Shown piece after piece: positions 62,726 through 64,000 of a DNA stretch of 64,000 bases (positions are counted from its first letter, which is position 1; the number at the start of each line of letters is the position of its first letter). The notes below the pieces were generated by a model that made no database searches, was not told the DNA's origin, and saw nothing but the letters and a program-made list of their open reading frames with translations. The position numbers and the translations under genes were made by a program. Source of the DNA: Spizellomyces punctatus DAOM BR117 (Eukaryota); the NCBI GenBank assembly GCA_000182565.2, contig KQ257455.1; one strand, written 5' to 3'.

Positions 62726-64000
62726 TTAAACCGCACTAAATTTTGCCACAAACGCCATAGGAATCCACCCAACCTCGGGTTTAATTTCGGGTGGTGAGTC
62801 TGCTTGCGGCTGCTGCTGCTGCGGGGGTCCGCGGCGGAATCTGTCCGCAAAGCCTCTGGAGGATGATGGGCTTTCGACAGAGGGACTCATAGGCTTGTCA
62901 GTCCCGTCCTTTTTTTTACGCTGCAATTTTGTGCCATATATCCAGGTTCCTTGGCGTTTGCGGACTTCGATGACGTCGCCCTAAAAGCAACACAATTGAG
63001 AATTGATGTGACCCACCAGAAACCTCGAGTCACGGATACCTTTGTTAAAGACATTTCCTTTGCGCTTCTCGCCGTAAAATCATGAATTGCATACACAAGA
63101 TCTGCCGCCTTCGTTGATGACATGACTCCTACTAAACTTTCGCTCGCTCCAACCACACTCCCCATTTGGCTTTCTGCATCTCCATCCCCACCCGCCACAT
63201 ATACGGCTGGAGTACGAAGATTTCCCCCGTGACGACTCACTGGCACAGATGCAATTTGTGTGTTCTCGGCGGCGAAGATATCGGGATACAATGACGACAA
63301 GGTAGAGGTGAGATTCTGTGAAGTTGTTGGCTCTATGACCGAGGATCGGACCGTGGCGATAGGTTTAGAGGTAGGAAATGCTACACGACGCTTTTCTCTT
63401 TCGATTGTGCTGCTGCTGTTGTTGGATTTAATGATAGGCCTTGGCGGGAACTGTGATGAAGGAGTAGTAACTGTTGGCGATTGCTCCTTCGGGGATGGTG
63501 CGTCATTTTCATTTCCAAGTCGTGAAAATGCGGGGAGAGAAAGCTGTGGTGCACTGGAATTCGACGCGGCTTCCTCAGCCGCCGTGCCCGACGATGCAGG
63601 TTCCGTAGTATCATTTGCTGTAAGTGATGAATCCTGACGCTCAGGAGCTCCTATCGTTGCAGCTGCTACCGCCCCCGCCAGTTGTGCAACTGCCCGCCCA
63701 AAACTGGCCGATTTCATAGCTTCTTCATGATGTCTCTGGTCGGGGCCAATATTGCTATCTAAGGATCCACGCCGTGACACGCGACGAGATGGTCCATCCG
63801 AAGTTTTAATTGAGTTGTTGCGTTTGCTCGCGCTGAACACTGTCTCCGTCAATATAGCATTGGCGTCAGATTTCTGGTCTTCCGACAGCTCATCAGCACA
63901 TCCTGCTGCACCGGCGACGCACTGCCCAAAGAGGATCGCGAGACTACGTAGCAATGTACTCCACTGTGCCTCCATGCTGCGTATGTTTCGTGCTTCTTCT
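62726..64000 (-). CDS. Protein with C-terminal SH3 domain, 5' part outside window
   Basis: VYAIHDFTARSAKEMSLTK|GDVIEVRKRQGTWIYG...VGWIPMAFV*. Confidence 0.8.

Overview
Gene-dense, intron-rich eukaryotic DNA. It most likely comes from a zoosporic (chytrid-type) fungus, because a flagellar dynein-regulatory gene (DRC1) sits among fungal-type genes with short GT-AG introns. About 28 spliced protein genes can be traced: DRC1, Vps27, a hydratase-2/SCP2 fusion, a nitronate monooxygenase/FabK-like flavoprotein, p24, DUF599, a B-family DNA polymerase, Doa4/USP8, a C2 protein, a RanBP2-ZnF protein, a SHANK-like ankyrin protein, an SH3-WW-PH-RhoGAP, uL16m, a small secreted Cys-rich peptide, PRE7, a histidine acid phosphatase, a RING/AT-hook protein, ATP5, DNAJC17/Cwc23, ARP2, mL38, Rad17, MED10, a G-patch protein, CWC2, RTP1 and a partial SH3 protein. 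The window also holds a U6 snRNA gene, a modular GC-rich repeat array and several gene relics. The strongest candidate for an undescribed system is an intact-looking Pol delta paralogue (13290-18057, minus). It keeps polymerase motifs A/B/C and CysA but has lost the ExoI/ExoII proofreading carboxylates and two of the four CysB [4Fe-4S] ligands. Other highlights are a fungal SHANK SPN-ankyrin protein, a C2 protein with a possible toxin/ART-like C-terminal domain, a USP8-type DUB ending in a PTS1-like ARM, and a U6 with an extra 3' UNCG hairpin. Exon boundaries were inferred by eye and family assignments come from motif recall; no database search was run.
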